Notes: generated by a model from the letters alone, not told the origin. DNA of 64,000 bases from Nostoc sp. (GCA_036918135.1 JBALDB010000046.1:128001-192000), one strand, 5' to 3'; shown: positions 9,520-19,037, counted from the stretch's first letter. Numbers and translations: made by a program.

Positions 9520-12513
9520 ATGTTAAATGACAAAGAATTAGAAATCCAGATGCAGTTTCTGGAAGAAGCAACCGATTACTTGAATACCCTGGAAGGGGTA
9601 TTGCTGGAAATCGATACTAGTAACCGCATCGATTTAGATAAAATTAATGCTGCACTCAGGGCTGCTCATTCGATTAAAGGCGGTGCGGCAATGATGGGAT
9701 TTCGCTCGCTCAGCGATTTATCTCATCGTTTAGAAGATTCTTTTAAAGTTCTAAAAACTCGAAAAAATTCTTTAGAAATTGATACTCAGTTACAAAGTTT
9801 ATTGCTTTCTGGTGTTGATTGGTTGCGGCAAATTGTCGAATTGCTTGCCCAAGGAAATGTTGTTGAAGAACAGTGGTTAGCAACTTTTTGTTACCCAATT
9901 TTTGATGAGTTGCATGAACGCTTAGGTGACCCCACCCCTGAGGATGCCACAACCATGCTATCCCCAGAAGATGGACAAGATGTTATTCCTTTATTATTTG
10001 AAACAGAAGTAGAAGAGTGTTTGCAGCGTTTAGAATCTGCGTTAGCAAATAGCCAGCAGTTTAATTTGCAACAAGAATTTGCCGCTATGGCAGCAGAATT
10101 GGGCGGCTTGGGAGAAATGCTCCAATTACCAGCTTTTAGCAAACTTTGTGAGTCTGTAACCCAGCAATTAGCCACTGCTAGCAGCGATGGCATTTATGAA
10201 ATTGCTCAGTTAGCATTGCAAGCATGGCGGCGATCGCAAGCTTTGGTACTGACAAATCAATTAGATAATTTACCTACAAAAATTCAATTTGGTAATTCTA
10301 TCCAATCTCAGCCAATATTAAAAACAGAAGTAATACCACCGGTGAGCGCTACAAATACAACTGACACAGATATCTTGGAGACAGAAATCGTGTCAACATC
10401 TATAGAAATTAATAATAAAGATGAAACAGTTGCTACCAATTTTACATTTTTAGATGCAGAATTTATTGATGATATTAATGCTGGAAATATTATAGAACAA
10501 AATATAATATTTGCGAAAGACAATCACCCTCTAGATGCCAAATTAGCTATTGGCAAAGAACGGGAAATTCAAGAAAATACTGTTCGAGTTCCCAGCAAAC
10601 AACTCGAACAAATTAATGATTTATTTGGAGAACTGGTTGTTCAACGCAATGGATTAAATGCCCAATTAGAAAGATTACGCAAACTCGTGCGTCATCTCAA
10701 CCAGCGAGTGCAAATTCTCGACCGGGAAAACCAAGAATTACGTACAGCATACGAGAAAATTTCTACTCAATTTACTATCCCTGGTAGTGGGCAATTCCCA
10801 GTTGAAAATGGTCGCCATATCCCAGAGGCAGAGAGAGAATTTGATGCTTCAGAAATGGAGCGCCATAACGATTTAAACCTGCGATCGCAGGAAGTTATGG
10901 AAACCATTGTTCAGCTACAGGAAGTCACAACTGATGTGCAATTAAGTGTAGATGATACAGACCAAATTGCACGCAAACTTAACAAAACATCAAAACAATT
11001 ACAAACAAAACTCAATCATATCCGGATGCGACCGCTGTCAGATTTAGTTGAGCGTTTTCCTAGAGCTTTGCGTGACTTAAATGTAGAGTATGGAAAGAAT
11101 GTACAGCTAAAAATTGAAGGTGGCAACACTCTGATTGAACGCAGCATTTTAGAAGCATTGAACGAGCCTTTAATGCACCTATTAAGAAATGCTTTCGACC
11201 ATGGTATCGAAGATCCTGCGACCCGTCGCCTTCTCGGTAAACCAGAACAAGGATTGATTGAAATTAAAGCAACTCATCATAGTAATCGCACGCTGATTAG
11301 TATACGTGATGACGGTTGGGGCATTTCTCTGGAGAAAATTCGCACTCGCGCTTTAGCTATGGGCTTAGATGCTTCTCTAATCAATAATGCTAGTGATGAA
11401 GAACTGTTATCACTTATTTTTGAACCAGGTTTTAGCACTTCTAATCAAGTGACAACATTATCCGGTCGTGGTGTTGGGATGGATGTGGTTCGCAACAATC
11501 TTAAATTGATTCGAGGAGATATCAAAGTTGATACCGAACCGGGAGTTGGTACCACCTTCACTCTCTCAGTACCATTTACACTTTCCATAGCACGAGTGCT
11601 GCTAGTAGAAATTAACAAAATGCTATTAGCATTTCCCACAGATGTCATTTCTGAAATATCGCTTCTTCAAAACGAGCGAGTTTTTCAAATGGCGGGTAGC
11701 GAAGTCCTCAATTGGCAAGGAACTATGTTGCCACTAATTCGCTTGAGTCGCTACTTAGAATTTAATTGCTTGCGTTACGATAACGCAGAACTGGAAACTC
11801 CAGCAGCAATTAATGCTAATAGTGTGTTAGTAGTCAAAGGTAATAATCAGCCAGTAGGGATACAAATAGACCGTTGTTGGGGCGAACAAGAAGTAGCTAT
11901 TCGCCAAGTTGAAGGAAATATACCTCTACCTCAAGGCTTTAGTAACTGTACAATTCTCGGTGATGGTCGAGTAGTGCCATTAGTTAATATCAATGAATTG
12001 CTATATTGGATTGCTAGTAATCAGCGGACTCCTAGAGGGACTCAATTACCATCAGCAAGATTAAAGACACCTTTTTTAATATTTGATGAAGAGAAGGTAT
12101 CTGTAGCATCTAGCAAATTCAAGGGCACAATTTTAATTGTAGACGACTCGATTAATGTTCGCCGCTTTTTAGCTTTAACTCTAGAAAAAGGAGGATATCA
12201 AGTAGAACAAGCTAAAGATGGTCAAGATGCTTTAGAAAAGCTCCAAAATGGATTGAGAGTTGAAGCAGTAATTTGTGATATTGAAATGCCTCGTCTTGAT
12301 GGTTATGGCTTCTTAGGTAAGGTAAATTCAGACGTTGATACAAAAAATATTCCGGTTGCTATGTTGACTTCTCGTAGTAGTAATAAACATCGGCAATTGG
12401 CTATGCAATTAGGTGCGAGAGCTTATTTTTCTAAACCCTATAACGAACAAGAATTGCTGCAAACATTGGAAGAAATAATTCGTAATGTTGCAGAAAAAGC
12501 AGCGTCAAATTGA
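9520..12513 (+). CDS. CheA-like hybrid histidine kinase (HPt-HATPase-CheW-REC)
   Basis: RAAHSIKGGA HPt, HLLRNAFDHGIE, GRGVGMDVV, C-terminal REC. Confidence 0.95.
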   Translation: MLNDKELEIQMQFLEEATDYLNTLEGVLLEIDTSNRIDLDKINAALRAAHSIKGGAAMMGFRSLSDLSHRLEDSFKVLKTRKNSLEIDTQLQSLLLSGVDWLRQIVELLAQGNVVEEQWLATFCYPIFDELHERLGDPTPEDATTMLSPEDGQDVIPLLFETEVEECLQRLESALANSQQFNLQQEFAAMAAELGGLGEMLQLPAFSKLCESVTQQLATASSDGIYEIAQLALQAWRRSQALVLTNQLDNLPTKIQFGNSIQSQPILKTEVIPPVSATNTTDTDILETEIVSTSIEINNKDETVATNFTFLDAEFIDDINAGNIIEQNIIFAKDNHPLDAKLAIGKEREIQENTVRVPSKQLEQINDLFGELVVQRNGLNAQLERLRKLVRHLNQRVQILDRENQELRTAYEKISTQFTIPGSGQFPVENGRHIPEAEREFDASEMERHNDLNLRSQEVMETIVQLQEVTTDVQLSVDDTDQIARKLNKTSKQLQTKLNHIRMRPLSDLVERFPRALRDLNVEYGKNVQLKIEGGNTLIERSILEALNEPLMHLLRNAFDHGIEDPATRRLLGKPEQGLIEIKATHHSNRTLISIRDDGWGISLEKIRTRALAMGLDASLINNASDEELLSLIFEPGFSTSNQVTTLSGRGVGMDVVRNNLKLIRGDIKVDTEPGVGTTFTLSVPFTLSIARVLLVEINKMLLAFPTDVISEISLLQNERVFQMAGSEVLNWQGTMLPLIRLSRYLEFNCLRYDNAELETPAAINANSVLVVKGNNQPVGIQIDRCWGEQEVAIRQVEGNIPLPQGFSNCTILGDGRVVPLVNINELLYWIASNQRTPRGTQLPSARLKTPFLIFDEEKVSVASSKFKGTILIVDDSINVRRFLALTLEKGGYQVEQAKDGQDALEKLQNGLRVEAVICDIEMPRLDGYGFLGKVNSDVDTKNIPVAMLTSRSSNKHRQLAMQLGARAYFSKPYNEQELLQTLEEIIRNVAEKAASN

Positions 12514-12540
12514 AAATTGATAATTCATAATTAGATTTTT

Positions 12541-12574
12541 GTAGGGTGCGTTACGCCAAAGGCTAACGCACCGC
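12541..12574. repeat. GTAG-type REP-like hairpin
   Basis: GTAGGGTGCGTTA-CGCCAAAGGC-TAACGCACC inverted repeat just after cheA. Confidence 0.6.
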
Positions 12575-12741
12575 TTGTTTTATATAGTGCCTTGGCGACT
12601 ATAAGTCGCGGCTATACAGACAAAATCCGTCTGCGCGAGTTAAAAGACCGAGTTATATCAGTAATAATCGCCCAGGTTTTGCGTAATACTATTTGTATTA
12701 ATTGAAATAATTTCTATATTAATTCAGTTTATGGTGAATTT

Positions 12742-13182
12742 ATGGTAACTGTAACACTGACGGCTGTTGCTAGTGCGATCGCAACTACGCTTTGGACTAA
12801 AGCACAAGAGAAAATCGGCGAAAACATTGGTGATGCTACATGGACGCTAGGTGGTAAGTTAATCGGATTACTCCGCCAGAAGAATAAATTGCCATTACTC
12901 ACCAATGCTGTTGAGGGAAATGAACCGCAGCGATTAGATTATGGTCAAGCAGTGCTGGAACTGAAAGCGGCCGCAGACGCAGACCCAGAAATTGCTCAAG
13001 CTGTTGTGGAAGTGGAAGCAGCAGCAAAAGCAGAACCAAAACTCACTCAAAAAATTCAAGAAATCGAAAATACCCTTAAGTCTCAACAGCCAACTATTCA
13101 AAATCTGACGCAGCTAGCAGAAAAAATTGGGTTTGTAAATCAAGGACAGATAAATAACCAAACTAATAACTTCAACTTTTGA
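12742..13182 (+). CDS. small helical protein with N/Q/G-rich C-terminal tail (candidate Bell-like effector with amyloid signalling motif)
   Basis: 146 aa; amphipathic N-terminus; ends AEKIGFVNQGQINNQTNNFNF; in frame with the downstream NACHT ORF. Confidence 0.75.
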   Translation: MVTVTLTAVASAIATTLWTKAQEKIGENIGDATWTLGGKLIGLLRQKNKLPLLTNAVEGNEPQRLDYGQAVLELKAAADADPEIAQAVVEVEAAAKAEPKLTQKIQEIENTLKSQQPTIQNLTQLAEKIGFVNQGQINNQTNNFNF

Positions 13183-13251
13183 CTACAGTCGTCCCAAGGG
13201 GAGGATGGGACAAAGTTAACCCCCAATGACTGGCGTGAAGTCTGCCATAAA

Positions 13252-15984
13252 ATGCTCGTAGAACGGCGCAAGCTGACTACAAATCCTCTGACATCAACTC
13301 AAGGAATCGCCCTGCAAGTTGATGATGTTTACGTACCACTGGGATTAGTTGAGCGCAAAAAACCATCCAAGCGTCAAGGTGATATTTCTCCAGAACAGGG
13401 GTCAGAACTGTACAAGGAGACAGAAATCACCAAAACATTTGAGTATGATGCTTTTCTTGAAGAAGTGCTCAAACAGAAGAACACGCCTAAAAGTCAAGGT
13501 AAGCGGATTGCAATTATTGGCGAACCCGGAGCAGGAAAGACAACACTGTTACAGCAGATTGCTGAGTGGGTATCTCGTGAGATTCACCAGTCGATTGTGA
13601 TTTGGGTATCTTTAGCAGATTTGCGAGAGAAGGAACTAAAATCTTATCTGTTCGAGACTTGGTTAACTCAGGTGGCTGAGAAAACAGGTAAAGCTGAAGC
13701 CACTGAGCAACTAGAGAATGATTTTGTTGCTCTGTTTAATCAAAATAATGTCTGGCTGCTGCTAGATGGGTTAGATGAAATGTCCGCATCTAATCCTCTA
13801 ACTGAAATTGCTCGACAATTCCGTGAAGCAGGGTCAATTTCTCAAGCGCAAATTGTGCTGACTTGTCGGGTTAATCTGTGGGATGGCAGCATTAATGCAC
13901 TTGATAATTTTGATATTTATCGCAGTTTAGATTTTTCTTATCCACAACAAGAGAAATTTATTGACAAATGGTTCACTGCTATTCCCGAAACTGGGAAGCA
14001 GTTATCTACTGCGTTGAAAGAATCAGGTAAGGAACGGATTCAGGATTTAGTGAAAAATCCTCTGCGGTTGACGCTGCTGTGCTTGAATTGGCAAGCAGGA
14101 GATGGCAAATTACCGGATACTCAAGCGGGACTCTATCAGCAATTTGTTGATGACTTCTACAAGTGGAAAAAAGAGGAATTTGTTACAGATTCTGACCAGC
14201 GTCAGCAACTCAATGTCGAGTTGGGGAAATTAGCTAAAGAAGCTATAGACAAAGAAGTAACCCGTTTTCGCTTGCGGCAGGATTTTGTTAGTCAGTTTTT
14301 GGGAGATGCTGATAATGAAAACTCGCTGCTGACATTGGCATTAAATCGGGGCTGGCTGAACTGTATAGGTGTAGATATAAATAGAAAACCTGTTTACGCT
14401 TTCTTTCATGCCTCATTTCAAGAGTACTTTGCTGCTATAGCAATTGATGATTGGCATTTCTTTCTCGATCACAATACCAAAAATCCCAGACGAGGAACTT
14501 ATCGCATCTTTGAACCGCAATGGAAGCAAACAATATTACTTTGGTTGGGGCGAGAAGAAGAAAACCTCAAACAGCAAAAGCAACAGTTTATCAATGCTTT
14601 AGTTAGTTTTAAAGATGGATGTGGTAAATGGAATAAAAGATATGTAGATAAAGGATTTTATGAATATCGCGCTTATTTTTTAGCAACCGTAGGAATTGCT
14701 GAGTTCAGAGACTATTCTAGAGCCGATGAAATAGTAGCACAAATTGTCAAGTGGGGCTTTGGTTATTTCAACACTAAAAAACAAGAGTGGATACAATTTC
14801 CCTATGTAATTAAAGAGGAAGCTAGGACAACACTGCAACAGACAGACCGTACAAAAGCCATCACTGGATTAGTGGAGTTAATCCGTACTTCTCAATCTGA
14901 AGAAACTCGTGAGCAAGCCGTATCCATTTTGGGAGAAATAGGCAAAGATAATGCCACAGCCATCACTGTATTAGTGGAGTTAATCCGTACTTCTCAATCT
15001 GAAGAAACTCGTGAGCAAGCGATTTATATCTTGGGAGAAATAGGCAAAGATAATGCCACAGCCATCACTGTATTAGTGGAGTTAATCCGTACTTCTCAAT
15101 CTAAAGAAACCTGTAAGCAAGCGATTTATATCTTGGGAGAAATAGGCAAAGATAATGCCACAGCCATCACTGTATTAGAGGAGCTAATCTATACTTCTCA
15201 AAATGAATATACCTGTTTGCTAGCGGCATCTAGCTTAGGGAAAATAGCCAAAGACAATACTAACTATATCAGTAGATTAGAGGAGATAATTCATACTTCT
15301 CAAGATGAATATACGCGTTTGTTAGCAGCATCTAGCTTAGGAGAAATAGCCAAAGATAATCTTACAGCAATTGCTGCATTAGTGGAATTAATCATTACTT
15401 TTCCAGATGAATATATTCCTTTAGAAGCGGCATCAAGCTTAGAGAAAATAGCTAAATACAATCCTAAAGCTATCATTGCATTAGAGGAGTTACTCCTTAC
15501 TTCTCAAGATCAAGATATCCGTTGGCTAGTAGCAGAAAGCTTAGGGAAAATAGCCAAGTACAATCTTCCCACAGTTATGGTTGGATTAGAAGAGTTTATC
15601 TGGACTTCTCAAAATGAACTTCCCAATTTGCTACTGGCAAGCTTAGAAAAAAGAGGCAAAGATAATCTCACTGCTATCACTGCATTAAAAGAGTTAGTCG
15701 GTACTGCTCAAGATGAAACTACCTGTAGACAAGCAACATATAGCTTAGGGAAAACTTTAACCGAACCTGAAAAGATGACGGCAGTAGTCACTGCTTTGAA
15801 GAAGTACTTCTCAAATGAAACTTATAAAAATGACTTTGAGCTATTCAAAGATTGCTATAAACTAATCTGGCACTGCGCCCGAACTATGACTTATCCAGCC
15901 TTTTATCAAGCTTGGCATCAGCATAATGTTGCTACTCGTGCGATGCAAAGCTTAAAGAAAATCTTCTTCACAAGAATAATTTAA
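13252..15984 (+). CDS. NACHT NTPase with C-terminal HEAT repeats (bacterial NLR); frame stays open upstream to 13183
   Basis: Walker A GEPGAGKTT, Walker B LLLDGLDEM, LTCR, NPLRL, FFHASFQEYFAA, then 34-aa HEAT-like repeats. Confidence 0.92.
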   Translation: MLVERRKLTTNPLTSTQGIALQVDDVYVPLGLVERKKPSKRQGDISPEQGSELYKETEITKTFEYDAFLEEVLKQKNTPKSQGKRIAIIGEPGAGKTTLLQQIAEWVSREIHQSIVIWVSLADLREKELKSYLFETWLTQVAEKTGKAEATEQLENDFVALFNQNNVWLLLDGLDEMSASNPLTEIARQFREAGSISQAQIVLTCRVNLWDGSINALDNFDIYRSLDFSYPQQEKFIDKWFTAIPETGKQLSTALKESGKERIQDLVKNPLRLTLLCLNWQAGDGKLPDTQAGLYQQFVDDFYKWKKEEFVTDSDQRQQLNVELGKLAKEAIDKEVTRFRLRQDFVSQFLGDADNENSLLTLALNRGWLNCIGVDINRKPVYAFFHASFQEYFAAIAIDDWHFFLDHNTKNPRRGTYRIFEPQWKQTILLWLGREEENLKQQKQQFINALVSFKDGCGKWNKRYVDKGFYEYRAYFLATVGIAEFRDYSRADEIVAQIVKWGFGYFNTKKQEWIQFPYVIKEEARTTLQQTDRTKAITGLVELIRTSQSEETREQAVSILGEIGKDNATAITVLVELIRTSQSEETREQAIYILGEIGKDNATAITVLVELIRTSQSKETCKQAIYILGEIGKDNATAITVLEELIYTSQNEYTCLLAASSLGKIAKDNTNYISRLEEIIHTSQDEYTRLLAASSLGEIAKDNLTAIAALVELIITFPDEYIPLEAASSLEKIAKYNPKAIIALEELLLTSQDQDIRWLVAESLGKIAKYNLPTVMVGLEEFIWTSQNELPNLLLASLEKRGKDNLTAITALKELVGTAQDETTCRQATYSLGKTLTEPEKMTAVVTALKKYFSNETYKNDFELFKDCYKLIWHCARTMTYPAFYQAWHQHNVATRAMQSLKKIFFTRII
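14857..15200 (+). repeat. near-identical 102-bp (34-aa) intragenic tandem repeats
   Basis: GATAATGCCACAGCCATCACTGTATTAG recurs at 14947, 15049 and 15151. Confidence 0.92.
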
Positions 15985-16035
15985 GTACTTTTGCCGCAGT
16001 GACGTTACAAATGAAGTTTTTGTGGTAACAATAGC

Positions 16036-16224
16036 TTGTCCGTTCGTTACCAACACAAGTTGTTTCGTTCAGAATGCTTATCCGTTGATTCACAACACAA
16101 GTTGTTTCGTTCAGAACGCTTATCGGTTGTGAACGAAAATTCGTTTGTTCGTTCACAACACAACTTCTTCCGTTCAGAATGCTTGTCCATTGGTCATTAA
16201 AACTTGTCTGTTCGTTCAGAATGC
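16036..16224. repeat. degenerate 21-bp tandem array (9 units, partial 42-bp higher order)
   Basis: Units such as AAGTTGTTTCGTTCAGAATGC and TTATCCGTTGATTCACAACAC. Confidence 0.85.
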
Positions 16225-16297
16225 CGATCTATTTTTGACAAAACTTATGCGCTCGTTACAACAGCTTAAGCAAAACTTATAAATAATCATGTTTGGC

Positions 16298-16978
16298 TCA
16301 GATTGTATCTGGATTGATATTTAACTCCCGCAGTTTTGCTGCCAAACGTGCTGCTTGTTGTTGTGCTTGCTGTGCAATTTCTTCGGGTGTGGGTACTAGT
16401 TGATAATCTGGTGTAAAATAACGTAATAAACCCTCATGAACACCAAGATACAATCCTAATTGTTGACTCCACAAATGCCCTCGTTCATTTGATTGCAGGG
16501 GTTGATATTCTCCATCTAATAAATGAAACCCTGCCAATTCTAAGGTGTAAGGATCGAACCAAAAATAATCTGGTGTGCGGAAGGTGTCTTGATAAATTGT
16601 TTTCTTTAAACCTTTGTCTGTATTTGCTGTGGAGTCAGACAAAATTACGACGATGACATTGGGATATTTGCCATATTCTTCCCACACCACCCAACTTTTT
16701 CTATTTTTACGTTCGCATCCTAGCACTACAAAAAAATCTGGCCCTCGGAAGAATTCTGATTTGCGTTGATGCGGACTGTAGTAGATAGTCAAATTTCCCG
16801 CCGCGTAGAAATCATTTCTATCTTGCCACAGCCATTTTAAACATTGGAGTAAGAGCATAATTTGCTCTAGATGTAGGTCGCTTTCCAACGGTGGTTCGTC
16901 ACTATATATCTCACTAGGAGGAAATATAACATCTTGGTAGATACCTGCTTGAGGACTTACTTCTGGCGCGATGGTCAT
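16298..16978 (-). CDS. Uma2/DUF820 family endonuclease
   Basis: SDEPPLESDLH, RGPDFFVV, YFWFDP, LRELNINPD terminus. Confidence 0.9.
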   Translation of the reverse strand: MTIAPEVSPQAGIYQDVIFPPSEIYSDEPPLESDLHLEQIMLLLQCLKWLWQDRNDFYAAGNLTIYYSPHQRKSEFFRGPDFFVVLGCERKNRKSWVVWEEYGKYPNVIVVILSDSTANTDKGLKKTIYQDTFRTPDYFWFDPYTLELAGFHLLDGEYQPLQSNERGHLWSQQLGLYLGVHEGLLRYFTPDYQLVPTPEEIAQQAQQQAARLAAKLRELNINPDTI

Positions 16979-17172
16979 AAAATGAATACCCCATCAAGTA
17001 TGGGTTTATTTTAACAGTGTTGTCTAAGGCGATCGCTTTCTCAAATCCAAATTTCAATTCCGGTTTAAGACTATGGAGGTTAACACAAGCCAACCTCCAC
17101 AAAATTTAGTTTGATGATTGCTGTAAATACTCAATCAATTTTTTGGAAATAAAATACTTCCAGCAATCTTGA

Positions 17173-17457
17173 TTAAGCCTCGACTTTTACGCCCTTCCAA
17201 AAAGCGACATAGCCTTCAATATTCTTAGCTTTCTCTTTGGCGCTGGGATAGTACCAAGCAGCATCTTTGTTGACTTGTCCATCAACTTCGACGCTGTAGT
17301 AGCTAGCGACACCTTTCCAAGGACAAGTAGTGTGGGTGTTACTTTCTTGGAAGTACTCTTTGTTAATTGTGTCAGCCGGAAAATAATGGTTGTTTTCCAC
17401 AACTACAGTATCATTGCTCTCAGCTAAAACTGCACCATTCCAAATTGCTTTCGGCAT
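17173..17457 (-). CDS. DUF427 family protein
   Basis: VENNHYFP, TTCPWKGVASYY, AAWYYP. Confidence 0.9.
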   Translation of the reverse strand: MPKAIWNGAVLAESNDTVVVENNHYFPADTINKEYFQESNTHTTCPWKGVASYYSVEVDGQVNKDAAWYYPSAKEKAKNIEGYVAFWKGVKVEA

Positions 17458-17598
17458 AAGTGATTTTGTAAATAAAGTTTACATATATATTTTGACACTT
17501 CTACAGTATTTAGGTTGACGTGGGGACGCGATCATGAGCGCGGCACAATCTAAAATTCTCGTTTTTATGCTCAGTGGCACTTTGCTAATTCGTAATTT

Positions 17599-18591
17599 TT
17601 ATTCTAAAAAATAAGTTCCTAACTCTTTTATTCTCTCTACCCAACCTTTTACCTCATCAGCCACTTTATACTTCCATTGAAGTTGAAGCACTTCTCTGGT
17701 ATGAGAATCATCAAATATAACTTTGTCTTTATTTTCAAAGACTGGTGCAACGAATTCTACCCCAGCAGCCTCGGCAAACAAAGTTGATATCTGGCTAATA
17801 CTCAAATTTTCCGGCGCAGCCAAGTAATGTCCTCCTTTAGTACCTTTTTGCGCTGCGGCAATGTAGTAGTCTGCCAAATCATCAACATGAACCCATGCCG
17901 TCATAAAATCTGGTGGAAATGGCTGATAGCCTTGGTGTGGTTTCCCTGTAATGAACTGCTGAATTGCAAAATCCCAAAAACTGCCACGAGTTGGTGCCGA
18001 ACCATACACTGATGCCGGATAGACAATGGAAGCGTTACCTCCATTGTTGATATATTCTTCTACTAGCCCATCTTTCAACACATTCACACTCATTAGTAAG
18101 TCAATAAATGCTAAATATTCGGGCGGTGTATGACCTTTTGGTGGTGGTGTTTCCGTGATTCGTCCTCCATCGGCAGTAATTAAAGAGAAATTCCCACTGG
18201 TTGCAATTACATGAATATCTGGTGAAACTGCCCTAGCACCATGTAAAGCGGCTTCTAATGATATCCGGTCTTTGGCAAATTGAGCTTCTTTGGTTGACTC
18301 TGGAGGCATGTGCCAAGCAACATTAATTACTGTTGTAATATTATGCTTGCGAATTGCTTGGGCAACGTCATTACTGGAAAAGCTTGCTTGTGAAGAGCGG
18401 ATTATTTCCTTGCACAAAGGCTTTATCGCCTCAACATCACTACTCGGACGCACAAGTGCAAATACAGCTAAATCTTCGGTCTGGGAACACTTACGGCATA
18501 ACGCTCCGCCAATATAGCCGGTTGCACCTAAAATCAAAATATTTTTCTTGGAAGAATTTTTTTCGGCTAAAAATTCTCTATTATCTGACAT
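17599..18591 (-). CDS. NAD-dependent epimerase/dehydratase (extended SDR)
   Basis: LGATGYIGG Rossmann motif, WVHVDDLA. Confidence 0.85.
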   Translation of the reverse strand: MSDNREFLAEKNSSKKNILILGATGYIGGALCRKCSQTEDLAVFALVRPSSDVEAIKPLCKEIIRSSQASFSSNDVAQAIRKHNITTVINVAWHMPPESTKEAQFAKDRISLEAALHGARAVSPDIHVIATSGNFSLITADGGRITETPPPKGHTPPEYLAFIDLLMSVNVLKDGLVEEYINNGGNASIVYPASVYGSAPTRGSFWDFAIQQFITGKPHQGYQPFPPDFMTAWVHVDDLADYYIAAAQKGTKGGHYLAAPENLSISQISTLFAEAAGVEFVAPVFENKDKVIFDDSHTREVLQLQWKYKVADEVKGWVERIKELGTYFLE

Positions 18592-19037
18592 AAATTTGTA
18601 ATTTGTAATTGCTGGTACCGCACGATCGGTTATTCATTGTGTGTTAACCTACACACCCTACTGTGTAAGATATGTATTTTGCTGCAAAAATGGATTCACA
18701 ATAAGTAAGATATTTTCGATAATTAAGCTATCTTAGATATTTTATCTGTCAAAATAATTTATCTTATCTAGCACAGCACTAGCAACAAGCAAGTTATCCT
18801 AATAATTGGAGTGAATAGCGATCGCCACCACGTTCCTACTCTTTACATTTCTTTAGAAACAACCTTTAACTTTCTATACTTAGTAACAACAAAACAAAAT
18901 AATACAAATAACTAGTAATTTCACTGAAGATAATGAAATTGATAGATTTTTCTTAATTCGAGCATTTTTTCAGTTGTATATTATTACTAAGCTAAAGGAA
19001 ATCTGTAATTTTATTCAGTGTTTAACTTTTAATAACC

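Noticed and set aside
13197..13219. Re-initiation of the NACHT gene from GGAGG-ATG at 13205
   Set aside because: The ATG abuts the SD-like sequence, is out of frame, and stops after four codons (ATG GGA CAA AGT TAA).
13180..13240. Selenocysteine insertion at the in-frame TGA
   Set aside because: No recognisable bacterial SECIS and no redox motif at this position; generic readthrough is the more plausible reading.
16036..16224. CRISPR array
   Set aside because: Contiguous degenerate 21-bp units with no unique spacers and no cas genes.
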